A stretch of DNA of 64,000 nt from an uncultured bacterium (GTDB taxonomy: Bacteria > Verrucomicrobiota > Verrucomicrobiia > Verrucomicrobiales > DEV007), in the NCBI GenBank assembly GCA_963977015.1, contig CAXBMO010000004.1, positions 320,001-384,000 on the forward strand. Reading direction: 5' to 3'. Each line of letters opens with the position of its first letter. Within the stretch, counting starts at the first letter, position 1. The translations under genes and the position numbers were made by a program. Below are positions 39,714 through 49,492 of the stretch, one piece after another. The notes beneath the pieces were generated by a model. It made no database searches. It saw only the letters and a list, made by a program, of their open reading frames with translations, and was not told the DNA's origin.

Positions 39714-41153
39714 ATGAATTCGATGAAGTATCTCATGTTTGGTAAACCCCTTGCCCTTCTCCTCGTCCTTGGCCTCGTCTCGGCACCTGCACAGGAAAAG
39801 CCCAACGTTCTCCTCATCTGCATCGATGATTTACGACCGGAGTTAGGCTGTTTTGGCGTTGATTACATCCAGTCCCCCAATATCGACGCCCTTGCCGCGA
39901 AAGGACGCGCCTTTCATCGTCACTATGTGCAGGCCCCCACCTGCGGCGCATCCCGCTACACCCTCCTGACCGGACGCTACGGCCCCGCTTCCAACGCCGC
40001 CCTGTTTCAACGCGCCGAGAGGCTGAAGAAGAGTCCGGAAGACGTCTCCGCAAGCATGCCCGCGTGGTTTCGGAATCACGGTTACACGACGGTTTCTGTC
40101 GGCAAGGTCTCTCATCATCCGGGCGGACGCGGCGGCAAAAACTGGGACGACGACCTCTCTCCGGAGATGCCGAACTCCTGGGATCGACACCTGTTGCCGG
40201 CCGGCCCTTGGCAACATCCTCGCGGGTGGATGCACGGGCTCGCCCACGGCGAGATTCGCGGCGACGCCAAGAAAATGGCGGTGTTTCAGGCGGAGGAAGG
40301 CCCCGACACGATTTATCCCGATGGTCCCAACACCGACGAAGCAATTCGCCAATTGACCGAACTGGCGAACGACGAAGCCGGGAAGCCGTTTTTCCTCGCA
40401 TTCGGCATCGTCCGCCCTCACCTCCCCTTCGGCGCTCCCGCGAAGTATCTGGAACCCTATCGCGACGTCACGCTTCCAGAAATCCCCCACCCGGCCAAAC
40501 CCGAGGGCAAAACGACCTGGCACGGTTCGGGAGAATTCATGAAGTACAACCGCTGGGGCCGCAATCCGAACACCGATTCGGAATTCGCGACCGAGGTTCG
40601 CCGCCACTATGCCGCCTGCGTGACCTACGCCGACGCCCAGGTCGGACGGATCGTGAAACAGCTCGAAACACTGGGCAAACGCGACAACACCATCATCGTC
40701 GTCTGGGGCGATCACGGTTGGCATCTTGGCGAACACGCCATCTGGGGCAAACACGCCCTCTTTGAGGAATCGCTCCGTTCGCCACTGGTCATCACCGCTC
40801 CCGGCATGGCGAAGCCGGGCGAAGCAACAACGGCGGTGGTCGAAACGCTCGACATCTTCCCGACCCTGGCGGAATTGGCGGGACTGCCGAAGCCGGACGT
40901 TCTCGACGGCGTTTCCTTGGTTCCGATTCTGAAATCCCCCGGCGTCGAAGGCCATCCCGCGTTGGCCTATAAGAACAACGCGCAAACGATTCGCACGGAC
41001 ACCCACCGCCTGATCGCGCACAAGAGCGGCGACCTGGAACTTTACGATCATCGAAATCCGGACGCCGAAACCCGCAACGTCGCGAAAGAGCATCCGGAGG
41101 TCGCCGATGCACTGCTCACGCAACTTCGAGCTCGCCTTGCTTCATCCAAATGA
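39714..41153 (+). CDS. Sulfatase (iduronate-2-sulfatase-like, Cys-type)
   Basis: [50 protein letters not shown]. Confidence 0.93.
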   Translation: MNSMKYLMFGKPLALLLVLGLVSAPAQEKPNVLLICIDDLRPELGCFGVDYIQSPNIDALAAKGRAFHRHYVQAPTCGASRYTLLTGRYGPASNAALFQRAERLKKSPEDVSASMPAWFRNHGYTTVSVGKVSHHPGGRGGKNWDDDLSPEMPNSWDRHLLPAGPWQHPRGWMHGLAHGEIRGDAKKMAVFQAEEGPDTIYPDGPNTDEAIRQLTELANDEAGKPFFLAFGIVRPHLPFGAPAKYLEPYRDVTLPEIPHPAKPEGKTTWHGSGEFMKYNRWGRNPNTDSEFATEVRRHYAACVTYADAQVGRIVKQLETLGKRDNTIIVVWGDHGWHLGEHAIWGKHALFEESLRSPLVITAPGMAKPGEATTAVVETLDIFPTLAELAGLPKPDVLDGVSLVPILKSPGVEGHPALAYKNNAQTIRTDTHRLIAHKSGDLELYDHRNPDAETRNVAKEHPEVADALLTQLRARLASSK

Positions 41154-41193
41154 AACAAGATCACCAACGTCCAACCCCCACCGCCTTCTCCTC

Positions 41194-41883
41194 ATGAAAC
41201 GAATCCTTCTCCTCACCCAACTCCTCGGTTGCCTCGCCCTGGCCCAGGATGAACCGCCGTTTGAATCCCTTTTTGATGGCAAAACGCTCGAAGGCTGGCT
41301 CGCGCCGGACATGAGTTACTGGTCGGTCGAAGATGGGGCGATCACGGCAACCTCCTCGGAGCAAAACCCGGCCGAAACCAACCAGTTCCTCGTGTGGCAG
41401 GGTGGCGACATCGCCAATTTCGAGTTCAAAATGAAGTTCCGCGTCATGGGCGGTCCCAGCGCGAATTCCGGCGTTCAGGTGCGCAGCAAAGTGCTGGAAG
41501 ACGGTCACGCCGTGGGTTACCAGGCCGACATCAGCCAACCCGAAGGCCCGTGGCTCGGCGCCATCTACGACGAACATGGCCGAAAGACCCTCGCCAAACG
41601 CGGCCAGGTCACCACGATCCAGGAAGACGGCACCATGATCACCGCCACCGTCGAAACGCCCGAGCAAGCCGCCGCAGGTATCGACATCACCCAGTGGACG
41701 GACTACGAAATCACCTTCATCGACAACGTCATGAGCATTCGCATCGCCGGCAAAGACATGTCCGAAGTCGTCGACAACCAGGAGAGCGAACGCGAAATGA
41801 GCGGCATCCTCGCCCTCCAGCTCCACTCCGGCCCGCCCATGAAAGTCCAGTTCAAGGACATCATGCTGAAGAAGCTTCCCTGA
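41194..41883 (+). CDS. DUF1080 / 3-keto-disaccharide hydrolase family, secreted
   Basis: SLFDGKTLEGW, ANSGVQVRS, GYQADI, GILALQLH, KVQFKDI. Confidence 0.9.
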   Translation: MKRILLLTQLLGCLALAQDEPPFESLFDGKTLEGWLAPDMSYWSVEDGAITATSSEQNPAETNQFLVWQGGDIANFEFKMKFRVMGGPSANSGVQVRSKVLEDGHAVGYQADISQPEGPWLGAIYDEHGRKTLAKRGQVTTIQEDGTMITATVETPEQAAAGIDITQWTDYEITFIDNVMSIRIAGKDMSEVVDNQESEREMSGILALQLHSGPPMKVQFKDIMLKKLP

Positions 41884-41895
41884 CCACCTCATCCC

Positions 41896-43575
41896 TTGCG
41901 AACGACTGGTGCCAGGTTCCCGGGAAGCGCCCTATTCTGGGCGATCGCGGTCTGCAGTTCCGGTGTCTTTGCAACGAATCCGCCTCCGGGTGCGGACCCG
42001 TCCGATTGGATTTTTCTCGACAACGGCGTCTACCGTCTTGGCGTCATCAAGAGCGCAGGAGCAGGAATTGGCTACCTGTCCCGGTCCGATTCCACCCGGA
42101 ATCTGTTGAATCACTACGACCGGGGACGCCTGATCCAGCAATCCTATTACGGCGACGCTGACGGCTCCAAATGGGTCGATCAACCCTGGTGCTTGAACCC
42201 GGTTCAGGGAGGCAGTTACGAGAACGCCATTCCCAAATTGATTGAGCTCCGCGCCAGGAAAACGCAGCTCTATTCCAAGTCGGTTCCACTTCATTGGGCC
42301 ACTGGCGAGTTGCTGGAGGACTTCGAAATGGAGCAATGGATCGAGCTGAAAGGCGCACTCGTTCAGCTGCGATTTCGCATGACCTACAAAGGCGCCGAAA
42401 CCCACGCTGCCCGTCATCAGGAAATCCCCGCCGTTTTTCTCGACTCCTCGCTCTCCCACCTCGCCATCTATCAGGGCGATTCTCCCGGGACCGGAGCCGC
42501 GATTTCCCGATTCCAACCCGGCAGGAAAAACGAATACTACCAAATTCCCGAGCATTGGGCCGCATTCGTCAATGAGAGCGACGTTGGGCTCGGAATCTAC
42601 GTTCCCATCGCCGAACAACTCACGACCTACCGATTTCCGGGCGGAGCGAATTCAGACTGCTCCTACCTCGCGCCGATCGCCACCTTCGCCTTCAAACCCG
42701 GTCTAACCTTTGAGTATGACGCCTATGTTTGCCTGGGTTCGCTCGTTGAGATTCGAACCCGGTTTCTGCGACTTGAAGGCGACCTCGAACGCGTCATGCG
42801 CGGCGAATCGGTTTTCGGTCGCAAGATGGCCAGGAAAGCGACCATCACCGACCCGGAACTGTTTGCCGACTTCCCCAGGGAAACACCAAACGAGAACCTC
42901 ATCGATGGAATCGCCGAAGCGCTTGAAAAGAACATCGGCAAGCCTCGTCAATCCGGTCACAACGTCATCTTCGCCTCCATCGCCATCCGAGCGCTCAAGG
43001 AACACCCGGAGCTGGCGACCCCATCCGTCGTCGTGGGCATTCGCAAACTGATTCACCAATTCGACGGCGCTCATCCCGGCAGCGGCTACTACGGCAAGGA
43101 ACGCGGTCGAATTACCGGCAACAAGATCCAGCTTCCCGAGGAAACCTCCGTTCCACCCTACAAAACGCTCGCAGCGATGGGCGACGCCGTCATCGCCGAA
43201 ATCCTCGCCCAGGATCCGAACGTCCATCGCCAGGGATACGGCAGCCTCGTCCACCTCATCAACCACGCTGGCGCGATCGTCGATCGGGCCAACTTCGGCT
43301 ACCCCGAGCTCGTCCCCCAGGCCCTCGCCTCTCACCACACCCATCTCCGCCTCTGGCAAGAGCTTCCCAATCTGGTCGATGAACTCGGCCCGGTTCCGGT
43401 TTCCCAACACACCCCGGATTCCGCCGCCTACTGGACCAGTGGAACCATCCCCTACGACCGCGCTCTCCTCACCCACTGCGTCAAAACGATGTTCGGGTTC
43501 GAGGAACTCGCTGAGGTCGTGGACAACGATTCCGAACGGAAAGCGGCTTACGAGAAGCTGCGCTACATGATGTAG
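41896..43575 (+). CDS. Hypothetical secreted protein, apparently two unrelated domains (possible chimera)
   Basis: 559-aa ORF with a beta-rich aromatic N-half and a helical His-rich C-half (GHNVIFAS.., H..NHA, LLTH). Confidence 0.65.
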   Translation: MRTTGARFPGSALFWAIAVCSSGVFATNPPPGADPSDWIFLDNGVYRLGVIKSAGAGIGYLSRSDSTRNLLNHYDRGRLIQQSYYGDADGSKWVDQPWCLNPVQGGSYENAIPKLIELRARKTQLYSKSVPLHWATGELLEDFEMEQWIELKGALVQLRFRMTYKGAETHAARHQEIPAVFLDSSLSHLAIYQGDSPGTGAAISRFQPGRKNEYYQIPEHWAAFVNESDVGLGIYVPIAEQLTTYRFPGGANSDCSYLAPIATFAFKPGLTFEYDAYVCLGSLVEIRTRFLRLEGDLERVMRGESVFGRKMARKATITDPELFADFPRETPNENLIDGIAEALEKNIGKPRQSGHNVIFASIAIRALKEHPELATPSVVVGIRKLIHQFDGAHPGSGYYGKERGRITGNKIQLPEETSVPPYKTLAAMGDAVIAEILAQDPNVHRQGYGSLVHLINHAGAIVDRANFGYPELVPQALASHHTHLRLWQELPNLVDELGPVPVSQHTPDSAAYWTSGTIPYDRALLTHCVKTMFGFEELAEVVDNDSERKAAYEKLRYMM

Positions 43576-43660
43576 GACATTTGGTGGCGCTGCTGAGCAA
43601 AACGTTGATGACCGGTTCCACCATGATCTTGGCGGATGTTAGGAAGGAGGCAATCGGGAA

Positions 43661-43726
43661 CGTAGCGGAAGATGCCAAATCTTCCGATGGCTGCCGGGAG
43701 CGGAATTTTTGGCAAATTCCGCTACG
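43661..43726. repeat. GTAG-family REP doublet (REPIN-like inverted pair)
   Basis: CGTAGCGGAAGATGCCAAATCTTCCG, 14-nt spacer, then CGGAATTTTTGGCAAATTCCGCTACG; each arm is GTAG plus an 8-bp hairpin with a GCCAA loop. Confidence 0.8.
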
Positions 43727-43808
43727 GATTTGGCTTTCTGAGATTTTCTTGCAGTTCGAGTGTCCAAAGGATAGGAATGTTGCCTCTTTCTCCCGAAGAA
43801 CCGAATTT

Positions 43809-46100
43809 ATGAAAACCCTGTCTCTAACTCTTGTCGCCCTCGTCACGTTCATCTCTGCCCGAGCGGCGGAGCCCATTTTGATTGAGGCGGAGTCGTTTGC
43901 CGAGCACGGCGGCTGGAAGCTGGATACCCAGTTCATCGAGATCATGGGTTCGCCGTATTTGATCGCCCACGGGATGGGGAAGCCGGTTGACGATGCGGTG
44001 ACGAAGGTGACGATTCCCGAGGCGGGCACGTGGCGCGTTTGGGCGCGGACGAAGGATTGGGTGGCTCCGTGGAATGCACCGGGAACTCCGGGACGGTTTC
44101 AGTTGATGATTGGCGGCGAGACGGTCGCAACGGAGTTTGGAACGACGGGTGCGCAATGGCATTGGCAAGACGGCGGCGAGGTCGAGCTGAAGGCGGGTGA
44201 AGTGGAGCTGCGGTTGCACGATTTGACCGGGTTCAACGGCCGTTGCGACGCGATCGTGCTGAGCCAGGGCGACGAGGCTCCCGACAACAGCAGCGAGGTG
44301 TTGCCGGTTTGGCGACGCGAGGCACTGGGTTTCCCGGCTGAGCCCGAAGACACGGGCGGGTTCGATATCGTGTTCATCGGTGGCGGTTATGCGGGAGCCT
44401 GTGGCGCAATTTCCGCCGCGCGGATGGGTTTGAAGACGGCGCTGATTCAGAATCGCGACGTGCTCGGCGGAAACGGCAGCTCAGAGGTTCGGGTTTGGGC
44501 GATGGGGAACACGCCGGGCGGTTTGTATCCGGTTGGCGACATCATTCGGGAGTTTGAAGATCACGCGAAGAGTTCACCGGGTTTCTACGAAGAATTTGGC
44601 GATGCGAAGAAGGAGCAGATCGCGCGGGCGGAGAAAAACTTGTCTCTCTTTCTCGGACACCACGCGTTTGACGTGGTGATGGACGGCGACAAAATCGAGG
44701 CGGTTCATGCGCTGGAGACGCGCACCGGGCGGATTCGCGAGTTCAAAGCTCCGTATTTTTGCGATTCGACGGGCCATGGTTATATCGGAATGAAAGCGGG
44801 CGCCGATCGCACGCAGATTCCGGAGGGACGCATGGGGATGAGCAATATGTGGCGCTGGCAGCAGACCGATTCGCCCAAGTCGTTTCCGGAAACTCCCTGG
44901 GCCCTGGATTTGGCCGAAGGCGAATTCCCCTACCCTCAGAAGTATCATGCGCAGTGGTTTTGGGAGAGCGGCTATGACAAGGATCCGCTCAACGATCTGG
45001 AGTTGATTCGCGATTGGAACCTGCGGGCGAACTTTGGCGCATGGAATGCGATCAAGAACAGCGGGGCCTATGGACGGAGCGATGAGTCCGGCAAGAATCA
45101 CGCCAATGCGGAGTTGCTTTGGATGGCTTATGTCGGCGGTCCGCGTGAAACGCAACAACTCCTTGGCGACGTGGTTTTGACCGAGGAAGACATCGTGACC
45201 AGTCGCAAATTCGACGATGCCTGCGTTTTGACGACGTGGTCGATCGACCTGCATTACCCGAAGGAGCAGTACATCGGAAAATACGAGGACAACCCCTTCA
45301 TTTCCTACGCGGTTCACGGCAAGGGCGTCGATCGCAAACGCGGCTACGCCGTTCCGTATCGCTGCTTCTACAGCCGAAACATCGACAACCTGTTCATGGC
45401 CGGTCGCAACGTCAGCGTGACCCACAAGGCGCTCGGAACCGTCCGCGTGATGAAGACCTGCGGCATGATGGGCGTCGTCGTTGGCAAGGCCGCGGCGATC
45501 GGCAAGAAGAACAACTGCAGCCCGCGTTACGTCTACCAAAGCTATCTGCCCGAGTTCATCGAATTGCTCAAACTGCCCGGCAACATGCGCCGCGAGTCCA
45601 TCGACGCGCCGTTCATGGAAGATCCCAATCTGCCGAAGTTTGAACCCATGACCGTTGCGGCGAGCTTTGGCGGCGTGGACGTGAAAAAATTGGATGGTCT
45701 GGTGATCGACGATGTGAAGGCGAAACTGACCGGAGACTGGGGTGGCGGCACCGGGTTGAAAGGGTTCATCGGCGAAGGCTACCGCTACCATGGCGCCAAC
45801 GATTCCGCGCAAGCGAGGTTCGAGTTCGAAGTTCCGGAAGCGGGAACCTGGGACGTCCGGATTTGCTGGCAGCCGCATCCCAATCGCTCCACCAAAACCC
45901 AGGTGAAGGTGGAAGTGGACGGCGAGGTCGCCGCGGAGAAGATCGTGAATCAGCGGGAGACCGCCTTGCTCAAAAACGGATTCCATTCCCTCGGGCGGCG
46001 CGAGTTTTCGGCGGGCCAGAAGGGTGCGGTGGTGATTTTGGCGAAGGGCGCGGACGGAAACGTGCATGCCGACGCCGTCCAGCTGATCAAGATCAAGTGA
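43809..46100 (+). CDS. Secreted FAD-dependent oxidoreductase with N- and C-terminal beta-sandwich (xanthan lyase/golvesin-like) domains
   Basis: Signal peptide from ATG 43809; IGGGYAG..GAISAAR.G, LGGNGSSE, DSTGHG, VPYRC.YSRNI.NLFMAGR, RVMKTCG. Confidence 0.88.
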   Translation: MKTLSLTLVALVTFISARAAEPILIEAESFAEHGGWKLDTQFIEIMGSPYLIAHGMGKPVDDAVTKVTIPEAGTWRVWARTKDWVAPWNAPGTPGRFQLMIGGETVATEFGTTGAQWHWQDGGEVELKAGEVELRLHDLTGFNGRCDAIVLSQGDEAPDNSSEVLPVWRREALGFPAEPEDTGGFDIVFIGGGYAGACGAISAARMGLKTALIQNRDVLGGNGSSEVRVWAMGNTPGGLYPVGDIIREFEDHAKSSPGFYEEFGDAKKEQIARAEKNLSLFLGHHAFDVVMDGDKIEAVHALETRTGRIREFKAPYFCDSTGHGYIGMKAGADRTQIPEGRMGMSNMWRWQQTDSPKSFPETPWALDLAEGEFPYPQKYHAQWFWESGYDKDPLNDLELIRDWNLRANFGAWNAIKNSGAYGRSDESGKNHANAELLWMAYVGGPRETQQLLGDVVLTEEDIVTSRKFDDACVLTTWSIDLHYPKEQYIGKYEDNPFISYAVHGKGVDRKRGYAVPYRCFYSRNIDNLFMAGRNVSVTHKALGTVRVMKTCGMMGVVVGKAAAIGKKNNCSPRYVYQSYLPEFIELLKLPGNMRRESIDAPFMEDPNLPKFEPMTVAASFGGVDVKKLDGLVIDDVKAKLTGDWGGGTGLKGFIGEGYRYHGANDSAQARFEFEVPEAGTWDVRICWQPHPNRSTKTQVKVEVDGEVAAEKIVNQRETALLKNGFHSLGRREFSAGQKGAVVILAKGADGNVHADAVQLIKIK

Positions 46101-46139
46101 TCTGAACGGCTCGATTCGTTACGCGGGCGCTTCAGGCGA

Positions 46140-46170
46140 CCCGAATCAGACGGCAACGACCTGATTCGGG
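46140..46170. terminator. Stem-loop between convergent genes
   Basis: CCCGAATCAG-N11-CTGATTCGGG perfect 10-bp stem overlapping the ldhA stop; no U-tract. Confidence 0.35.
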
Positions 46171-47141
46171 CACGAACGCCCGTTTTCAAGATCCGTCAGA
46201 TTCCGCAGAGTCGTCTCCGCGATCTCTCGCAATGCTTCGTGGGTGAAAAACGCCTGGTGGCTGGTGATGAGGACGTTTGGGAACGTCGTCAGGCGCATCA
46301 AGAGATCGTCATCAATGATTTCCCCGGACAGATCTTCGAAAAACAGGTCCGCTTCCTCCTCATAAACATCGAGCGCCAGGCCCCCGATGCGGCCTGACTT
46401 GAGTGCTCCGATCAAAGCCGGCGTATCGACCAACCCACCGCGGCTGGTGTTCACGAGCATGGCTCCCTGCTTCATTTGCTCCAGCGAATTGGCATTGATC
46501 AAATGGTGGGTTTGAGGAGAAAGCGGGCAATGCAGACTCACGATATCGGACTGGCCGAGCAGCTCCTCCAGCGCGACATACTCGACCCCGAGCGCCTCGC
46601 AGTCCGGATTTGGAAAGGGATCAAAGGCGAGAACGCGGCATCCAAACCCGTTCATGATCCGGCAGAAGACCTTCCCGATGTTTCCCGTCCCCACAACGCC
46701 CACCGTTTTGCCGTGGAGATCGAATCCCTCCAACCCGCGCAATTCAAAATTCCCCTCCCGCACCCGATTGTACGCTTTGTGGACGCGGCGGTTCAGGGTC
46801 AAAATCAGAGCCACGGCGTGCTCCGCAACCGAATATGGAGAATAGGCCGGAACCCGAACGACCTGGAGGCCGTACTTTGCTGCGGCGGTGAGATCCACGT
46901 TGTTGAAGCCAGCACAGCGCAGGGCAATAAACCGCACGCCATAGCCCGCCAGATCAGCAATCGATTCTTCGCTCAGTTCATCGTTCACGAAGACACAGAC
47001 CGCGTCTCGATTTTCGGCAAGACGACTGGAATGCGGCCGCAAACGGGCTTCATGAAAGTAGAGTTCATGATTTCCGGCGGCGTTGGCGGCCTCAAGTCCG
47101 CGCCGATCGTGCGGCTTGGTGCTGAATACGGCGATTTTCAT
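46146..47141 (-). CDS. ldhA: D-lactate dehydrogenase / D-2-hydroxyacid dehydrogenase
   Basis: [62 protein letters not shown]. Confidence 0.9.
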   Translation of the reverse strand: MKIAVFSTKPHDRRGLEAANAAGNHELYFHEARLRPHSSRLAENRDAVCVFVNDELSEESIADLAGYGVRFIALRCAGFNNVDLTAAAKYGLQVVRVPAYSPYSVAEHAVALILTLNRRVHKAYNRVREGNFELRGLEGFDLHGKTVGVVGTGNIGKVFCRIMNGFGCRVLAFDPFPNPDCEALGVEYVALEELLGQSDIVSLHCPLSPQTHHLINANSLEQMKQGAMLVNTSRGGLVDTPALIGALKSGRIGGLALDVYEEEADLFFEDLSGEIIDDDLLMRLTTFPNVLITSHQAFFTHEALREIAETTLRNLTDLENGRSCPNQVVAV

Positions 47142-47258
47142 GGTGAGCTTCAAAAAACGGGGAACAAGAGACGTGGGTTGACCGGAATCTGAACCTTGAT
47201 GGAAGCATTGCGCAACCACCGGATCTCTGTCTTATTCGACACGTGTGAGGAACCTGCC

Positions 47259-48629
47259 ATGAGCGAACTTTTCGACGATTTTCCAGACGAATCCGGTCCG
47301 AGCGACGATTCGGTCTCCCCGAATGCGCCGCTGGCCGCTCGAATGCGTCCACGCAGCCTCGATGAGTATGCCGGGCAACAACACATTCTGGGGGAAGGCA
47401 AGCTTCTGCGCCGCGCAGTCGAGGCCGATCGCTTTACCTCGCTGATTTTTTACGGCCCACCCGGGGTCGGCAAAACCAGCCTTGCCCAGCTGATCGCGAA
47501 CCAGACTGAAACGCGATTCGTCAACTTGAGCGGCGTCGAAAGCAACGTGAAGGAGATCCGCGAATCGGTCGAGCTGGCAGCCAATTTTCTGCGCAACAAA
47601 AAGCAGACCACGACGCTCTTTGTCGATGAGATCCACCGGTTCAACAAAGCCCAGCAGGACGTTCTTCTGCCGCACATCGAGCGCGGAACGGTTCGCTTCA
47701 TTGGCGCGACGACGCACAATCCGTTTTTCTACATCAACAGTCCCCTCGTCTCGCGATCCCAGGTTTTTCAGTTGGAATCGCTCACCAACGAGGATTTGGA
47801 GGCCTTGTTGCAACGTGCGGTGACCGATCCCAAACGCGGCTTTGGCAAAAAACGCATCGTCATGAGCCCCGAAGCCTCCAAGCATCTGGCGGCGGCGAGC
47901 GACGGCGACGCGCGAAAGCTGCTGACGTCGTTCGAGCTCGGCGTGTTGACGACGCCTCCGAACGAAGATGGAGTGATCGATTTCACGCTCGAAGTCGCGG
48001 AGCAGTCGATTCAGCAGAAAACCGTGGTTTACGATGGCGACGGCGATGGTCACTACGACACCATCAGCGCCTTCATCAAATCGATGCGCGGCTCCGACCC
48101 TGATGCAGCGCTCTACTGGCTCGCCAAAATGCTCTACGCCGGTGAAGACATTCGCTTCATCGCCCGCCGTATCGTCATCGCCGCAAGCGAGGACGTCGGG
48201 TTGGCCGATTCCAATGCGTTACGCGTCGCGGTTGCCGCCCAACAAGCGGTCGAGTTCATCGGCATGCCGGAAGCGCGAATCCCGCTCGCTCACGCCACGG
48301 TTTACCTCGCCACCGCGCCGAAAAGCAATCGCGCCTATGCCGGCATCAACGCCGCGCTCGATGACGTGAAGAACGGCCGAACCCTCGCCGTTCCCGAACA
48401 TCTTCGGACGAAATCGCGCAAGAAACTGGCCAAGGCGGGTGGAACCAGCGATGCCGATCTTCAGTATCTCTACGCCCACGATGACGAAAGCGGCTACATT
48501 CCACAGGCCTATTTGCCCGAGGGAAAACGCTACTACGAGCCGACGGAAAACGGGCTCGAAGGTCGAATCAAGGAGCGACTCGATTTTTGGCGAAAGCAGT
48601 TCGCGGAAACGTTGGAGAATCGTCGATGA
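47259..48629 (+). CDS. rarA: Replication-associated recombination protein A (MgsA/RarA)
   Basis: PLAARMRP, GPPGVGKT, VDEIHRFNKAQQD, HYDTISAFIKSMRGSDPDAA, ASEDVGLAD, PKSN. Confidence 0.96.
   Translation: MSELFDDFPDESGPSDDSVSPNAPLAARMRPRSLDEYAGQQHILGEGKLLRRAVEADRFTSLIFYGPPGVGKTSLAQLIANQTETRFVNLSGVESNVKEIRESVELAANFLRNKKQTTTLFVDEIHRFNKAQQDVLLPHIERGTVRFIGATTHNPFFYINSPLVSRSQVFQLESLTNEDLEALLQRAVTDPKRGFGKKRIVMSPEASKHLAAASDGDARKLLTSFELGVLTTPPNEDGVIDFTLEVAEQSIQQKTVVYDGDGDGHYDTISAFIKSMRGSDPDAALYWLAKMLYAGEDIRFIARRIVIAASEDVGLADSNALRVAVAAQQAVEFIGMPEARIPLAHATVYLATAPKSNRAYAGINAALDDVKNGRTLAVPEHLRTKSRKKLAKAGGTSDADLQYLYAHDDESGYIPQAYLPEGKRYYEPTENGLEGRIKERLDFWRKQFAETLENRR
48526..48608 (+). repeat. Direct repeat copy 1 (rarA 3' end)
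   Basis: 83 bp, 79/83 identical to 49058-49140 by manual alignment. Confidence 0.92.
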
Positions 48630-48648
48630 GGTCTCGAAGTGCCGCCCC

Positions 48649-48769
48649 TTACTCGCGATCCGTCCCAAACTGCTCGTCCCGTTTTTCGTGGCGGATCGCT
48701 TCGCTCGTGATACCACTCAACGGCCTGGCGAATATCGTCCTTGGCCAAGGCCGTGATGATCACCCTCAC
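48649..48769 (-). pseudogene. RelE/ParE-family toxin remnant with internal deletion
   Basis: N-terminal MRVIITALAKDDIRQAVEWYHER joined out of frame to C-terminal AIRHEKRDEQFGTDRE-stop; GTGA overlap with the upstream antitoxin stop. Confidence 0.75.
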
Positions 48770-48984
48770 ACCGATTGCTTTAACTCATCGAGGAATTGGT
48801 CAAAGTCTGAATCGCCTTCTGGGTCATTTTCAGAAGCACGCTCACGCTCATCCGCCAACTTCACGCGCTCAGCTCGAGCGATTTCGTCAGGACGATTCAG
48901 ATAGTGATAAAGCCGATCAACCAAGTCGATCAACTCGGACTCGGGCAAAGCGAGGGCCGCTTTTTCGACATCGGAAGCGCTCAT
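48766..48984 (-). CDS. Addiction-module antitoxin (TIGR02574-like)
   Basis: 72 aa, acidic; EKAALALPESE...LVDRL pattern; translationally coupled to the ParE-like remnant. Confidence 0.72.
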   Translation of the reverse strand: MSASDVEKAALALPESELIDLVDRLYHYLNRPDEIARAERVKLADERERASENDPEGDSDFDQFLDELKQSV

Positions 48985-49057
48985 CGAATCCCAACGTAGA
49001 TCAAATCAACACGCATTCAAGTCGGCGAACTTTTCCAGACGGATATCCCGGAAATCC

Positions 49058-49140
49058 AACGCTACTACGAGCCGACGGAAAACGGGCTCGAAGGCCGTAT
49101 CAAGGAGCGACTCGAATTCTGGCGAAAGCAGTTCGCGGAA
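49058..49140 (+). repeat. Direct repeat copy 2 (orphan rarA 3' end)
   Basis: Reads RYYEPTENGLEGRIKERLEFWRKQFAE and continues AKG-stop; 532 bp downstream of copy 1. Confidence 0.92.
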
Positions 49141-49189
49141 GCAAAAGGGTGAATGGTTGACGTCTCGGTGAGGAGAACGATCTTGAACA

Positions 49190-49492
49190 ATGCTCCAGAT
49201 CCCGATTGAGCAGAAAGTCATCGATGCATTCTGCCGCAAGCATCACATTGAAAGGATTTCCGTTTTTGGATCTGCACAACGGCCGGACTTTGTTGCGGGA
49301 AAAAGCGATATAGATCTCTTTGTGGAGTATCTACCGGGTCATCATCCGGGCTGGGACATGATTCTGCAGCGAAACGAACTCGAGGCAATCTTCGGAACCC
49401 GAGTCGATCTCCTCACCGAATTGCCTTCCCGGTTCCACAAACGGGTGGAAAGTGATTTGGAAGTTATCTACTCCTGTCATGGCAAAGCATGA
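49190..49492 (+). CDS. Minimal nucleotidyltransferase (MNT) antitoxin
   Basis: FCRKHHI..ISVFGS..R.DF...SDIDL.VE; L..IFG..VDL. Confidence 0.88.
   Translation: MLQIPIEQKVIDAFCRKHHIERISVFGSAQRPDFVAGKSDIDLFVEYLPGHHPGWDMILQRNELEAIFGTRVDLLTELPSRFHKRVESDLEVIYSCHGKA

Noticed and set aside
43581-43808. 76-aa N-terminal extension of the FAD oxidoreductase
   Set aside because: It spans the REP doublet, and ATG 43809 gives a clean signal peptide. Similar over-extended starts were trimmed for several other genes.
48533-48769. 78-aa ORF as an intact toxin
   Set aside because: Only the first 23 codons are toxin-like; the rest runs out of frame into the rarA antisense strand.
48741-49239. ORFs 48741-49160 (+) and 49006-49239 (-)
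   Set aside because: They overlap the antitoxin and the duplicated rarA tail in non-coding frames and show no protein-like features.
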